From contig OZ024749.1 of NCBI GenBank assembly GCA_964016885.1, positions 11,904,001-11,968,000 on the forward strand: a stretch of 64,000 nt of DNA, written 5' to 3'. How positions within the stretch are numbered: position 1 is the first letter of the stretch; every line of letters starts with the position of its first letter. Source of the stretch: Eledone cirrhosa. Taxonomy: Eukaryota. Both the position numbers and the translations under genes were made by a program. A model generated the notes under the pieces. The model worked only from the letters and a program-made list of their open reading frames with translations. It made no database searches and was not told the DNA's origin. Shown piece after piece: positions 1 through 15,700 of the stretch.

Positions 1-533
1 TGGAGGCAGTATCATAGAACTAGGGGCAGTATCATAGAACTGGAGGCAGTATCATAGAACTGGGGGCAGTATCATAGAATTAGGGGCAGTATCATAGAAC
101 TGAAGGCAGTATCATAGAACTGGGGGCAGTATCATAGAACTAGGGGCAGTATCATAGAACTGGGGGCAGTATCATAGAACTGGAGGCAGTATCATAGAAC
201 TGGGGGCAGTATCATAGAACTGGGGGCAGTATCATAGAACTGGGGGCAGTATCATAGAATTAGGGGCAGTATCATAGAACTGGGGGCAGTATCATAGAAC
301 TGGAAGCAGTATCATAGAACTGGGGGCAGTATCATAGAACTGGGGGCAGTATCATAGAACTGGAGGCAGTATCATAGAACTGGGGCAGTATCATAGAACT
401 GGGGGCAGTATCATAGAACTGGGGGCAGTATCATAGAACTGGAGGCAGTATCATATTACTGGAGGCAGTATCATAGAACTGGAGACAGTATCATAGAACT
501 GGGGGCAGTATCATAGAACTGGGGGCAGTATCA
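1..533. repeat. 20-bp minisatellite (TGGGGGCAGTATCATAGAAC)n, ~26 copies visible, runs off the window start
   Basis: Direct 20-bp periodicity; variants confined mostly to the G-run (tggagg/tagggg/tgaagg). Confidence 0.97.
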
Positions 534-700
534 AGAGGATTTACCTGAATTTGTTGTTTTTTTTGTTCAGCCCAAGTAAGGCAATAGAGCCACTAAAATG
601 TAAGGGGTCACACAAAAGACAGAGAACATAACTCTAGGAAACAGAAGATGATTGTTGTTGTTTTTGAATTTTTTCAAGTTGTAGGAAAGAAGTCATAATA

Positions 701-3700
701 GAATTACATAGGTGAGATGTGAGAGGGGAGAGACTGGGAGAGAATTACATAGGTGAGATGTGAGAGGGGAGAGACTGGGAGAGAATTACATAGGTGAGAT
801 GTGAGAGGGGAGAGACTTGGAGAGAATTACATAGGTGAGATGTGAGAGGGGAGAGACTTGGAGAGAATTACATAGGTGAGATGTGAGAGGGGAGAGAATT
901 ACATAGGTGAGATGTGAGAGGGGAGAGACTGGGAGAGAATTACATAGGTGAGATGTGAGAGGGGAGAGACTTGGAGAGAATTACATAGGTGAGATGTGAG
1001 AGGGGAGAGACTTGGAGAGAATTACATAGGTGAGATGTGAGAGGGGAGAGACTGGGAGAGAATTACATAGGTGAGATGTGAGAGGGGAGAGACTTGGAGA
1101 GAATTACATAGGTGAGATGTGAGAGGGGAGAGACTTGGAGAGAATTACATAGGTGAGATGTGAGAGGGGAGAGACTGGGAGAGAATTACATAGGTGAGAT
1201 GTGAGAGGGGAGAGACTTGGAGAGAATTACATAGGTGAGATGTGAGAGGGGAGAGACTTGGAGAGAATTACATAGGTGAGATGTGAGAGGGGAGAGACTT
1301 GGAGAGAATTACATAGGTGAGATGTGAGAGACTTGGAGAGAATTACATAGGTGAGATGTGAGAGGGGAGAGACTGGGAGAGAATTACATAGGTGAGATGT
1401 GAGAGGGGAGAGACTTGGAGAGAATTACATAGGTGAGATGTGAGAGGGGAGAGACTTGGAGAGAATTACATAGGTGAGATGTGAGAGGGGAGAGACTGGG
1501 AGAGAATTACATAGGTGAGATGTGAGAGGGGAGAGACTTGGAGAGAATTACATAGGTGAGATGTGAGAGGGGAGAGACTTGGAGAGAATTACATAGGTGA
1601 GATGTGAGAGGGGAGAGACTTGGAGAGAATTACATAGGTGAGATGTGAGAGGGGAGAGACTTGGAGAGAATTACATAGGTGAGATGTGAGAGGGGAGAGA
1701 CTTGGAGAGAATTACATAGGTGAGATGTGAGAGGGGAGAGACTTGGAGAGAATTACATAGGTGAGATGTGAGAGGGGAGAGACTGGGAGAGAATTACATA
1801 GGTGAGATGTGAGAGGGGAGAGACTTGGAGAGAATTACATAGGTGAGATGTGAGAGGGGAGAGACTGGGAGAGAATTACATAGGTGAGATGTGAGAGGGG
1901 AGAGACTTGGAGAGAATTACATAGGTGAGATGTGAGAGGGGGGGAGAGACTGGGAGAGAATTACATAGGTGAGATGTGAGAGGGGAGAGACTTGGAGAGA
2001 ATTACATAGGCGAGATGTGAGAGGGGAGAGACTTGGAGAGAATTACATAGGTGAGATGTGAGAGGGGAGAGACTGGGAGAGAATTACATAGGTGAGATGT
2101 GAGAGGGGAGAGACTTGGAGAGAATTACATAGGTGAGATGTGAGAGACTGGGAGAGAATTACATAGGTGAGATGTGAGAGGGAGAGACTTGGAGAGAATT
2201 ACATAGGTGAGATGTGAGAGGGGAGAGACTTGGAGAGAATTACATAGGTGAGATGTGAGAGGGGAGAGACTTGGAGAGAATTACATAGGTGAGATGTGAG
2301 AGGGGAGAGACTTGGAGAGAATTACATAGGTGAGATGTGAGAGGGGAGAGCTTGGAGAGAATTACATAGGTGAGATGTGAGAGGGGAGAGACTTGGAGAG
2401 AATTACATAGGTGAGATGTGAGAGGGGAGAGACTTGGAGAGAATTACATAGGTGAGATGTGAGAGACTGGGAGAGAATTACATAGGTGAGATGTGAGAGA
2501 CTTGGAGAGAATTACATAGGTGAGATGTGAGAGACTGGAGAGAATTACATAGGTGAGATGTGAGAGGGGAGAGACTTGGAGAGAATTACATAGGTGAGAT
2601 GTGAGAGGGGAGAGGCTTGGAGAGAATTACATAGGTGAGATGTGAGAGGGGAGAGACTTGGAGAGAATTACATAGGTGAGATGTGAGAGGGGAGAGACTT
2701 GGAGAGAATTACATAGGTGAGATGTGAGAGGGGAGAGACTTGGAGAGAATTACATAGGTGAGATGTGAGAGGGGAGAGACTGGGAGAGAATTACATAGGT
2801 GAGATGTGAGAGGGGAGAGACTTGGAGAGAATTACATAGGTGAGATGTGAGAGGGGAGAGACTTGGAGAGAATTACATAGGTGAGATGTGAGAGGGGAGA
2901 GAATTACATAGGTGAGATGTGAGAGGGGAGAGACTGGGAGAGAATTACATAGGTGAGATGTGAGAGGGGAGAGACTTGGAGAGAATTACATAGGTGAGAT
3001 GTGAGAGGGGAGAGACTTGGAGAGAATTACATAGGTGAGATGTGAGAGGGGAGAGACTGGGAGAGAATTACATAGGTGAGATGTGAGAGGGGAGAGACTT
3101 GGAGAGAATTACATAGGTGAGATGTGAGAGGGGAGAGACTGGGAGAGAATTACATAGGTGAGATGTGAGAGGGGAGAGACTTGGAGAGAATTACATAGGT
3201 GAGATGTGAGAGGGGAGAGACTTGGAGAGAATTACATAGGTGAGATGTGAGAGGGGAGAGACTGGGAGAGAATTACATAGGTGAGATGTGAGAGGGGAGA
3301 GACTTGGAGAGAATTACATAGGTGAGATGTGAGAGGGGAGAGACTTGGAGAGAATTACATAGGTGAGATGTGAGAGGGGAGAGAATTACATAGGTGAGAT
3401 GTGAGAGGGGAGAGAATTACATAGGTGAGATGTGAGAGGGGAGAGACTGGGAGAGAATTACATAGGTGAGATGTGAGAGGGGAGAGACTTGGAGAGAATT
3501 ACATAGGTGAGATGTGAGAGGGGAGAGACTTGGAGAGAATTACATAGGTGAGATGTGAGAGGGGAGAGACTGGGAGAGAATTACATAGGTGAGATGTGAG
3601 AGGGGAGAGACTTGGAGAGAATTACATAGGTGAGATGTGAGAGGGGAGAGACTGGAGAGAATTACATAGGTGAGATGTGAGAGGGGAGAGACTGGGAGAA

Positions 3701-6700
3701 AATTACATAGGTGAGATGTGAGAGGAGGAGAGACTGGGAGAGAATTACATAGGTGAGATGTGAGAGGGGAGAGACTCGGGGAGAATTACATAGGTGAGAT
3801 GTGAGAGGGGGAGAGACTGGGAGAGAATTACATGGGTGAGATGTGAGAGGGGAGAGACTGGGAGAGAATTACATAGGTAAGATGTGAGAGGGGAGAGACT
3901 GGGAGAGATTTACATAGGTGAGATGTGAGAGACTGGGAGAGAATTACATAGGTGAGATGTGAGAGGGGAGAGACTGGAAGAGAATTACATAGGTGAGACG
4001 TGAGACGGGAGAGACTGGGAGAGAATTACATAGGTGAGATGTGAGAAGGGAGAGACTGGAGAGAATTACATAGGTGAGATGTGAGAGGGGAGAGAATTAC
4101 ATAGGTGAGATGTGAGAGGGGAGAGACTGGAAGAGAATTACATAGATGAGATGTGAGAGGGGAGAGACTGGGAGAGAATTACATAGGTGAGATGTGAGAG
4201 GGGAGAGACTGGAAGAGAATTACATAGGTGAGATGTGAGAGGGGAGAGACTGGAAGAGAATTACATAGGTGAGATGTGAGAGGGGAGAGAATTACATAGG
4301 AGAGATGTGAGAGGGGAGAGACTGGAGAGAATTACATAGGTGAGATGTGAGAGGGGGAGAGACTGGGAGAGAATTACATATGTGAGAGGGGAGAGACTGG
4401 GAGAGAATTACATAGGTGAGATGTGAGAGGGGAGAGACTGGAGAGAATTACATAGGTGAAATGTTAGAGGGGAGAGACTGGGAGAGAATTACATAGGTGA
4501 GATGTGAGAGGGGAGAGACTGGGAGAGAATTACATAGGTGAGATGTGAGAGGGGAGAGACTGGGAGAGAATTACATAGGTGAGATGTGAGAGGAGACTGG
4601 GAGAGAATTACATAGGTGAGATGTGAGAGGGGAGAGACTGGAGAGAATTACATAGGTGAGATGTGAGAGGGGAGAGACTGGGAGAGAATTACATATGTGA
4701 GAGGGGAGAGACTGGGAGAGAATTACATAGGCGAGATGTGAGAGGGGAGAGACTGGGAGAGAATTACATAGGTGAGATGTGAGAGGGGAGGGACTGGGAG
4801 AGAATTACATAGGTGAGATGTGAGAGGGGAGAGAATTACATAGGTGAGATGTGAGAGGGGAGAGACTGGAAGAGAATTACATAGGTGAGATGTGAGAGGG
4901 GAGAGACTGGAGAGAATTACATAGGTGAGATGTGAGAGGGGAGGGACTGGGAGAGAATTACATAGGTGAGATGTGAGAGGGGAAAGACTTGGAGAGAATT
5001 ACATAGGTGAGATGTGAGAGGGGAGAGACTTGGAGAGAATTACATAGGTGAGATGTGAGAGGGGAGAGACTTGGAGAGAATTACATAGGTGAGATGTGAG
5101 AGGGGAGAGACTTGGAGAGAATTACATAGGTGAGATGTGAGAGGGGAGAGACTTGGAGAGAATTACATAGGTGAGATGTGAGAGACTGGGAGAGAATTAC
5201 ATAGGTGAGATGTGAGAGGGGAGAGACTTGGAGAGAATTACATAGGTGAGATGTGAGAGGGGAGAGACTTGGAGAGAATTACATAGGTGAGATGTGAGAG
5301 GGGAGAGACTTGGAGAGAATTACATAGGTGAGATGTGAGAGACTTGGAGAGAATTACATAGGTGAGATGTGAGAGGGAGAGACTTGGAGAGAATTACATA
5401 GGTGAGATGTGAGAGGGGAGAGACTTGGAGAGAATTACATAGGTGAGATGTGAGAGGGAGAGACTTGGAGAGAATTACATAGGTGAGATGTGAGAGGGGA
5501 GAGACTTGGAGAGAATTACATAGGTGAGATGTGAGAGGGGAGAGACTTGGAGAGAATTACATAGGTGAGATGTGAGAGGGGAGAGACTTGGAGAGAATTA
5601 CATAGGTGAGATGTGAGAGGGGAGAGACTTGGAGAGAATTACATAGGTGAGATGTGAGAGACTTGGAGAGAATTACATAGGTGAGATGTGAGAGGGGAGA
5701 GACTTGGAGAGAATTACATAGGTGAGATGTGAGAGGGAGAGACTTGGAGAGAATTACATAGGTGAGATGTGAGAGGGGAGAGACTTGGAGAGAATTACAT
5801 AGGTGAGATGTGAGAGACTTGGAGAGAATTACATAGGTGAGATGTGAGAGGGGAGAGACTTGGAGAGAATTACATAGGTGAGATGTGAGAGGGAGAGACT
5901 TGGAGAGAATTACATAGGTGAGATGTGAGAGGGGAGAGACTTGGAGAGAATTACATAGGTGAGATGTGAGAGGGGAGAGACTTGGAGAGAATTACATAGG
6001 TGAGATGTGAGAGGGGAGAGACTTGGAGAGAATTACATAGGTGAGATGTGAGAGGGGAGAGACTTGGAGAGAATTACATAGGTGAGATGTGAGAGGGGAG
6101 AGACTTGGAGAGAATTACATAGGTGAGATGTGAGAGACTTGNNNNNNNNNNNNNNNNNNNNNNNNNNNNNNNNNNNNNNNNNNNNNNNNNNNNNNNNNNN
6201 NNNNNNNNNNNNNNNNNNNNNNNNNNNNNNNNNNNNNNNNNNNNNNNNNNNNNNNNNNNNNNNNNNNNNNNNNNNNNNNNNNNNNNNNNNNNNNNNNNNN
6301 NNNNNNNNNNNNNNNNNNNNNNNNNNNNNNNNNNNNNNNNNATGTGAGAGGGGAGAGACTGGGAGAGAATTACATAGGTGAGATGTGAGAGGGGAGAGGA
6401 CTGGAAGAGAATTACATAGGTGAGATGTGAGAGGGGAGAGACTGGAAGAGAATTACATAGGTGAGATGTGAGAGGGGACTGGAGAGAATTACATAGGTGA
6501 GATGTGAGAGGGGAGAGACTGGAAGAGAATTACATAGGTGAGATGTGAGAGGGGAGAGACTGGGAGAGAATTACATAGGTGAGATGTGAGAGGGGAGAGA
6601 CTGGGAGAGAATTACATAGGTGAGATGTGAGAGGGGAGAGGACTGGGAGAGGAATTACATAGGTGAGATGTTGAGAGGGGAGAGACTGGGAGAGAATTAC

Positions 6701-9700
6701 ATAGGTGAGATGTGAGAGGGGGAGAGACTGGGAGAGAATTACATAGGTGAGATGTGAGAGGGGAGAGACTGGGAGAGAATTACATAGGTGAGATTGTGAG
6801 AGGGAGAGGAGGACTGGAGAGAATTACATAGGTGAGATGTGAGAGGGGAGAGACTGGGAGAGAATTACATAGGTGAGATGTGAGAGGGGAGAGACTGGGA
6901 GAGAATTACATAGGTGAGATGTGAGAGGGGAGAGACTGGGAGAGAATTACATAGGTGAGATGTGAGAGGGGAGAGACTGGAGAGAATTACATAGGTGAGA
7001 TGTGAGAGGGGAGAGACTGGGAGAGAATTACATAGGTGAGATGTGAGAGGGAGAGACTGGAGAGAATTACATAGGTGAGATGTGAGAGGGGAGAGACTGG
7101 GAGAGAATTACATAGGTGAGATGTGAGAGGGGAGAGGACTGGGAGAGAATTACATAGGTGAGATGTGAGAGGGGAGAGGACTGGGAGAGAATTACATAGG
7201 TGAGATGTGAGAGGGGAGAGACTGGAGAGAATTACATAGGTGAGATGTGAGAGGGGAGAGACTGGAGAGAATTACATAGGTGAGATGTGAGAGGGGAGAG
7301 ACTGGGAGAGAATTACATAGGTGAGATGTGAGAGGGGAGAGACTGGAGAGAATTACATAGGTGAGATGTGAGAGGGGAGAGACTTGGAGAGAATTACATA
7401 GGTGAGATGTGAGAGACTGGGAGAGAATTACATAGGTGAGATGTGAGAGGGGAGAGACTTGGAGAGAATTACATAGGTGAGATGTGAGAGGGGAGAGACT
7501 TGGAGAGAATTACATAGGTGAGATGTGAGAGGGGAGAGACTTGGAGAGAATTACATAGGTGAGATGTGAGAGACTGGAGAGAGAATTACATAGGTGAGAT
7601 GTGAGAGGGGAGAGACTGGAGAGAATTACATAGGTGAGATGTGAGAGGGGAGAGACTTGGAGAGAATTACATAGGTGAGATGTGAGAGGGGAGAGACTTG
7701 GGAGAGAATTACATAGGTGAGATGTGAGAGGGGAGAGACTTGGAGAGAATTACATAGGTGAGATGTGAGAGGGGAGAGACTTGGAGAGAATTACATAGAG
7801 AGCTTGGAGAGAATTACATAGGTGAGATGTGAGAGGGGAGAGACTTGGGAAGAGAATTACATAGGTGAGATGTGAGAGACTGGAGATGAATTACATAGGT
7901 GAGATGTGAGAGGGGAGAGACTTGGAGAGAATTACATAGGTGAGATGTGAGAGGGGAGAGGACTTGGAGAGAATTACATAGGTGAGATGTGAGAGGGGAG
8001 AGACTTGGAGAGAATTACATAGGTGAGATGTGAGAGGGGAGAGACTTGGAGAGAATTACATAGGTGAGATGTGAGAGGGGGAGACTTGGAGAGAATTACA
8101 TAGGTGAGATGTGAGAGGGGAGAGACTTGGAGAGAATTACATAGGTGAGATGTGAGAGGGGAGAGACTTGGAGAGAATTACATAGGTGAGATGTGAGAGG
8201 GGAGAGACTTGGAGAGAATTACATAGGTGAGATGTGAGAGGGGAGAGACTTGGAGAGAATTACATAGGTGAGATGTGAGAGGGGAGAGACTTGGAGAGAA
8301 TTACATAGGTGAGATGTGAGAGGGGAGAGACTTGGAGAGAATTACATAGGTGAGATGTGAGAGGGGAGAGACTTGGAGAGAATTACATAGGTGAGATGTG
8401 AGAGGGGACTTGGAGAGAATTACATAGGTGAGATGTGAGAGGGGAGAGACTGGGAGAGAATTACATAGGTGAGATGTGAGAGGGGAGAGACTTGGAGAGA
8501 ATTACATAGGTGAGATGTGAGACTGAGACTGAGAGAATTACATAGGTGAGATGTGAGAGGGGAGAGACTTGGAGAGAATTACATAGGTGAGATGTGAGAG
8601 GGGAGAGACTGGGAGAGAATTACATAGGTGAGATGTGAGAGAGGAGAGACTGGGAGAGAATTACATAGGTGAGATGTGAGAGGAGACTGGGAGAGAATTA
8701 CATAGGTGAGATGTGAGAGGGGAGAGACTGGAAGAGAATTACATAGGTGAGATGTGAGAGGGGAGAGACTGGGAGAGAATTACATAGGTGAGATGTGAGA
8801 CGGGAGAGACTGGGAGAGAATTACATAGGTGAGATGTGAGAGGGGAGAGCCTGGGAGAGAATTACATATGTGAGAAGGGAGAGACTGGGAGAGAATTACA
8901 GAGGTGAGATGTGAGAGGGGAGAGACTGGGAGAGAATTACATAGGTGAGATGTGAGAGGGGAGAGGGAGAATTACATAGGTGAGATGTGAGAGGGGAAGA
9001 CTGGAAGAGAATTACATAGGTGAGATGTGAGAGGGGAGAGACTGGAAGAGAATTACATAGGTGAGATGTGAGACGGGAGAGACTGGGAGAGAATTACATA
9101 GGTGAGATGTGAGGGGGGAGAGACTGGAAGAGAATTACATAGGTGAGATGTGAGAGGGGAGAGACTGGAGAGAATTACATAGGTGAGATGTGAGAGGAGA
9201 GAGACTGGGAAAAAATTACATAGGTGAGATGTGAGAGGGGGAGAGACTGGGAGAGAATTACATATGTGAGAGGGGAGAGAATTACATAGGTGAGATGTGA
9301 GAAGAGAGAGACTCGGAGAGAATTACATAGGTGAGATGTGAGAGGGGAGAGACTGGGAGAGAATTACATAGGTGAGATGTGAGAGGGGAGAGACTTGGAG
9401 AGAATTACATAGGTGAGATGTGAGAGGGGAGAGACTGGAAGAGAATTACATAGGTGAGATGTGAGAGGGGAGAGACTGGGAGAGAATTACATAAGTGAGA
9501 TGTGAGAGGGGAGAGACTGGGAGAGAATTACATAGGTGAGATGTGAGAGACTTGGAGAGAATTACATAGGTGAGATGTGAGAGGGGAGAGACTGGAAGAG
9601 AATTACATAGGTGAGAGGGGAGAGGCTGGGAGAGAATTACATAAGTGAGATGTGAGAGGGGAGAGACTGGGAGAGAATTACATAAGTGAGATGTGAGAGG

Positions 9701-12700
9701 GGAGAGACTGGGAGAGAATTACATAGGTGAGATGTGAGAGGGGAGAGACTGGGAGAGAATTACATAGGTGAGATGTGAGAGGGGGAGAGACTTGGAGAGA
9801 ATTACATAGGTGAGATGTGAGAGGGGAGAGACTTGGAGAGAATTACATAGGTGAGATGTGAGAGGGGAGAGACTGGGAGAGAATTACATAGGTGAGATGT
9901 GAGAGAGGAGAGACTGGGAGAGAATTACATAGGTGAGATGTGAGAGGGGAGAGACTGGGAGAGAATTACATAGGTGAGATGTGAGAGGGGGAGAGACTGG
10001 GAGAGAATTACATAGGTGAGATGTGAGAGGGGAGAGACTGGGAGAAAATTACATAGGTGAGATGTGAGACGGGAGAGACTGGGAGAGAATTACATAGGTG
10101 AGATGTGAGAAGAGAGAGACTCGGAGAGAATTACATAGGTGAGATGTGAGAGGGGAGAGACTGGGAGAGAATTACATAGGTGAGATGTGAGAGGGGAGAG
10201 ACTTGGAGAGAATTACATAGGTGAGATGTGAGAGGGGAGAGACTGGAAGAGAATTACATAGGCGAGATGTGAGAGGGGAGAGACTGGGAGAGAATTACAT
10301 AAGTGAGATGTGAGAGGGGAGAGACTGGGAGAGAATTACATAGGTGAGATGTGAGAGGGGAGAGACTGGGAGAGAATTACATAAGTGAGATGTGAGAGGG
10401 GAGAGACTGGGAGAGAATTACATAAGTGAGATGTGAGAGGGGAGAGACTGGGAGGGAATTACATAGGTGAGATGTGAGAGGGGAGAGACTGGGAGAGAAT
10501 TACATAGGTGAGATGTGAGAGGGGGAGAGACTGGGAGAGAATTACATAGGTGAGATGTGAGAGGGGAGAGACTGGGAGAGAATTACATAGGTGAGATGTG
10601 AGAGGGGAGAGACTGGAAGAGAATTACATAGGTGAGATGTGAGAGGGGAGAGAATTACAGAGGTGAGATGTGAGAGGGGAGAGACTGGGAGAGAATTACA
10701 TAGGTGAGATGTGAGAGGGGAGAGACTGGAAGAGGATTACATAGGTGAGATGTGAGAGGGGAGAGACTGGGAGAGAATTACATAGGTGAGATGTGAGAGG
10801 GGAGAGACTGGGAGAGAATTACATATGTGAGAGGGGAGAGACTGGAAGAGAATTACATAGGTGAGATGTGAGAGGGGAGTGACTGGAAGAGAATTACAGA
10901 GGTGAGATGTGAGAGGGGAGAGACTGGAAGAGAATTACATAGGTGAGATGTGAGAGGGGAGAGCCTGGGAGAGAATTACATAGGTGAGATGTGAGAGGGG
11001 AGAGACTGGAAGAGAATTACATAGGTGAGATGTGAGAGGGGAGAGACTGGAAGAGAATTACATAGGTGAGATGTGAGAGGGGAGAGACTGGAAGAGAATT
11101 ACATAGGTGAGATGTGAGAGGGGAGAGACTGGGAGAGAATTACATAGGTGAGATGTGAGAGGGGGAGAGACTGGGAGAGAATTACATAGGTGAGATGTGA
11201 GAGGGGAGAGACTGGGAGAGAATTACATAGGTGAGATGTGAGAGACTGGGAGAGAATTACATAGGTGAGATGTGAGAGGGGAGAGACTGGAAGAGAATAA
11301 CATAGGTGAGATGTGAGAGGGGAGAGACTGGGAGAAAATTACATAGGTGAGATGTGAGACGGGAGAGACTGGGAGAGAATTACATAGGTGAGATGTGAGA
11401 GGGGAGGGACTGGGAGATAATTACATATGTGAGAGGGGAGAGACTGGGAGAGAATTACATAGGTGAGATGTGAGAAGGGAGAGACTGGGAGAGAATTACA
11501 TAGGTGAGATGTGAGAGGGGAGAGAATTACATAGGTGAGATGTGAGAGGGGAGAGACTGGAAGAGAATTACATAGATGAGATGTGAGAGGGGAGAGACTG
11601 GGAGAGAATTACATAGGTGAGATGTGAGAGGGGAGAGACTGGAAGAGAATTACATAGGTGAGATGTGAGAGGGGAGAGACTGGAAGAGAATTACATAGGT
11701 GAGATGTGAGAGACTGGGAGAGAATTACATAGGTGAGATGTGAGAGGGGGAGAGACTGGGAGAGAATTACATATGTGAGAGGGGAGAGACTGGGAGAGAA
11801 TTACATAGGTGAGATGTGAGAGGGGAGAGACTGGGAGAGAATTACATAGGTGAGATGTTAGAGGGGAGAGACTGGGAGAGAATTACATAGGTGAGATGTG
11901 AGAGGGGAGAGAATTACATAGGTGAGATGTGAGAGGGGAGAGAATTACATAGGTGAGATGTGAGAGGGGAGAGACTGGGAGAGAATTACATAGGTGAGAT
12001 GTGAGAGGGGGAGAGACTGGGAGAGAATTACATATGTGAGAGGGGAGAGACTGGGAGAGAATTACATAGGTGAGATGTGAGAGGGGAGAGACTTGGAGAG
12101 AATTACATAGGTGAGATGTGAGAGGGGAGAGACTTGGAGAGAATTACATAGGTGAGATGTGAGAGACTTGGAGAGAATTACATAGGTGAGATGTGAGAGG
12201 GGAGAGACTTGGAGAGAATTACATAGGTGAGATGTGAGAGGGGAGAGACTGGGAGAGAATGACATAGGTGAGATGTGAGAGGGGAGAGACTTGGAGAGAA
12301 TTACATAGGTGAGATGTGAGAGGGGAGAGACTTGGAGAGAATTACATAGGTGAGATGTGAGAGGGGAGAGACTTGGAGAGAATTACATAGGTGAGATGTG
12401 AGAGGGGAGAGACTGGGAGAGAATTACATAAGTGAGATGTGAGAGGGGAGAGACTTGGAGAGAATTACATAGGTGAGATGTGAGAGGGGAGAGACTTGGA
12501 GAGAATTACATAGGTGAGATGTGAGAGACTTGGAGAGAATTACATAGGTGAGATGTGAGAGACTTGGAGAGAATTACATAGGTGAGATGTGAGAGACTTG
12601 GAGAGAATTACATAGGTGAGATGTGAGAGACTTGGAGAGAATTACATAGGTGAGATGTGAGAGGGGAGAGACTTGGAGAGAATTACATAGGTGAGATGTG

Positions 12701-15700
12701 AGAGGGGAGAGACTGGGAGAGAATTACATAGGTGAGATGTGAGAGAGGAGAGACTGGGAGAGAATTACATAGGTGAGATGTGAGAGACTGGGAGAGAATT
12801 ACATAGGTGAGATGTGAGAGGGGAGAGACTGGAAGAGAATTACATAGGTGAGATGTGAGAGGGGAGAGACTGGGAGAAAATTACATAGGTGAGATGTGAG
12901 ACGGGAGAGACTGGGAGAGAATTACATAGGTGAGATGTGAGAGGGGAGAGCCTGGGAGAGAATTACATATGTGAGAAGGGAGAGACTGGGAGAGAATTAC
13001 ATAGGTGAGATGTGAGAGGGGAGAGACTGGGAGAGAATTACATAGGTGAGATGTGAGAGGGGAGAGAATTACATAGGTGAGATGTGAGAGGGGAAAGACT
13101 GGAAGAGAATTACATAGGTGAGATGTGAGAGGGGAGAGACTGGAAGAGAATTACATAGGTGAGATGTGAGACGGGAGAGACTGGGAGAGAATTACATAGG
13201 TGAGATGTGAGGGGGGAGAGACTGGAAGAGAATTACATAGGTGAGATGTGAGAGGGGAGAGACTGGAAGAGAATTACATAGGTGAGATGTGAGAGGAGAG
13301 AGACTGGGAAAAAATTACATAGGTGAGATGTGAGAGGGGGAGAGACTGGGAGAGAATTACATATGTGAGAGGGGAGAGAATTACATAGGTGAGATGTGAG
13401 AAGAGAGAGACTCGGAGAGAATTACATAGGTGAGATGTGAGAGGGGAGAGACTGGGAGAGAATTACATAGGTGAGATGTGAGAGGGGAGAGACTTGGAGA
13501 GAATTACATAGGTGAGATGTGAGAGGGGAGAGACTGGAAGAGAATTACATAGGTGAGATGTGAGAGGGGAGAGACTGGGAGAGAATTACATAAGTGAGAT
13601 GTGAGAGGGGAGAGACTGGGAGAGAATTACATAGGTGAGATGTGAGAGACTTGGAGAGAATTACATAGGTGAGATGTGAGAGGGGAGAGACTGGAAGAGA
13701 ATAACATAGGTGAGAGGGGAGAGGCTGGGAGAGAATTACATAAGTGAGATGTGAGAGGGGAGAGACTGGGAGAGAATTACATAAGTGAGATGTGAGAGGG
13801 GAGAGACTGGGAGAGAATTACATAGGTGAGATGTGAGAGGGGAGAGACTGGGAGAGAATTACATAGGTGAGATGTGAGAGGGGGAGAGACTTGGAGAGAA
13901 TTACATAGGTGAGATGTGAGAGGGGAGAGACTTGGAGAGAATTACATAGGTGAGATGTGAGAGGGGAGAGACTGGGAGAGAATTACATAGGTGAGATGTG
14001 AGAGAGGAGAGACTGGGAGAGAATTACATAGGTGAGATGTGAGAGGGGAGAGACTGGGAGAGAATTACATAGGTGAGATGTGAGAGGGGGAGAGACTGGG
14101 AGAGAATTACATAGGTGAGATGTGAGAGGGGAGAGACTGGGAGAAAATTACATAGGTGAGATGTGAGACGGGAGAGACTGGGAGAGAATTACATAGGTGA
14201 GATGTGAGAAGAGAGAGACTCGGAGAGAATTACATAGGTGAGATGTGAGAGGGGAGAGACTGGGAGAGAATTACATAGGTGAGATGTGAGAGGGGAGAGA
14301 CTTGGAGAGAATTACATAGGTGAGATGTGAGAGGGGAGAGACTGGAAGAGAATTACATAGGTGAGATGTGAGAGGGGAGAGACTGGGAGAGAATTACATA
14401 AGTGAGATGTGAGAGGGGAGAGACTGGGAGAGAATTACATAGGTGAGATGTGAGAGGGGAGAGACTGGGAGAGAATTACATAAGTGAGATGTGAGAGGGG
14501 AGAGACTGGGAGAGAATTACATAAGTGAGATGTGAGAGGGGAGAGACTGGGAGGGAATTACATAGGTGAGATGTGAGAGGGGAGAGACTGGGAGAGAATT
14601 ACATAGGTGAGATGTGAGAGGGGGAGAGACTGGGAGAGAATTACATAGGTGAGATGTGAGAGGGGAGAGAATTACATAGGTGAGATGTGAGAGGGGAGAG
14701 ACTGGAAGAGAATTACATAGGTGAGATGTGAGAGGGGAGAGAATTACAGAGGTGAGATGTGAGAGGGGAGAGACTGGGAGAGAATTACATAGGTGAGATG
14801 TGAGAGGGGAGAGACTGGAAGAGGATTACATAGGTGAGATGTGAGAGGGGAGAGACTGGGAGAGAATTACATAGGTGAGATGTGAGAGGGGAGAGACTGG
14901 GAGAGAATTACATATGTGAGAGGGGAGAGACTGGAAGAGAATTACATAGGTGAGATGTGAGAGGGGAGTGACTGGAAGAGAATTACAGAGGTGAGATGTG
15001 AGAGGGGAGAGACTGGAAGAGAATTACATAGGTGAGATGTGAGAGGGGAGAGCCTGGGAGAGAATTACATAGGTGAGATGTGAGAGGGGAGAGACTGGAA
15101 GAGAATTACATAGGTGAGATGTGAGAGGGGAGAGACTGGAAGAGAATTACATAGGTGAGATGTGAGAGGGGAGAGACTGGAAGAGAATTACATAGGTGAG
15201 ATGTGAGAGGGGAGAGACTGGGAGAGAATTACATAGGTGAGATGTGAGAGGGGGAGAGACTGGGAGAGAATTACATAGGTGAGATGTGAGAGGGGAGAGA
15301 CTGGGAGAGAATTACATAGGTGAGATGTGAGAGACTGGGAGAGAATTACATAGGTGAGATGTGAGAGGGGAGAGACTGGAAGAGAATAACATAGGTGAGA
15401 TGTGAGAGGGGAGAGACTGGGAGAAAATTACATAGGTGAGATGTGAGACGGGAGAGACTGGGAGAGAATTACATAGGTGAGATGTGAGAGGGGAGGGACT
15501 GGGAGATAATTACATATGTGAGAGGGGAGAGACTGGGAGAGAATTACATAGGTGAGATGTGAGAAGGGAGAGACTGGGAGAGAATTACATAGGTGAGATG
15601 TGAGAGGGGAGAGAATTACATAGGTGAGATGTGAGAGGGGAGAGACTGGAAGAGAATTACATAGATGAGATGTGAGAGGGGAGAGACTGGGAGAGAATTA

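Noticed and set aside
546-633. Possible exon 6 (ttcctAG ... CAG|GTAAAT on minus)
   Set aside because: In the required phase it reads QLCSLSFV then TGA, and it does not look like a continuation of the domain.
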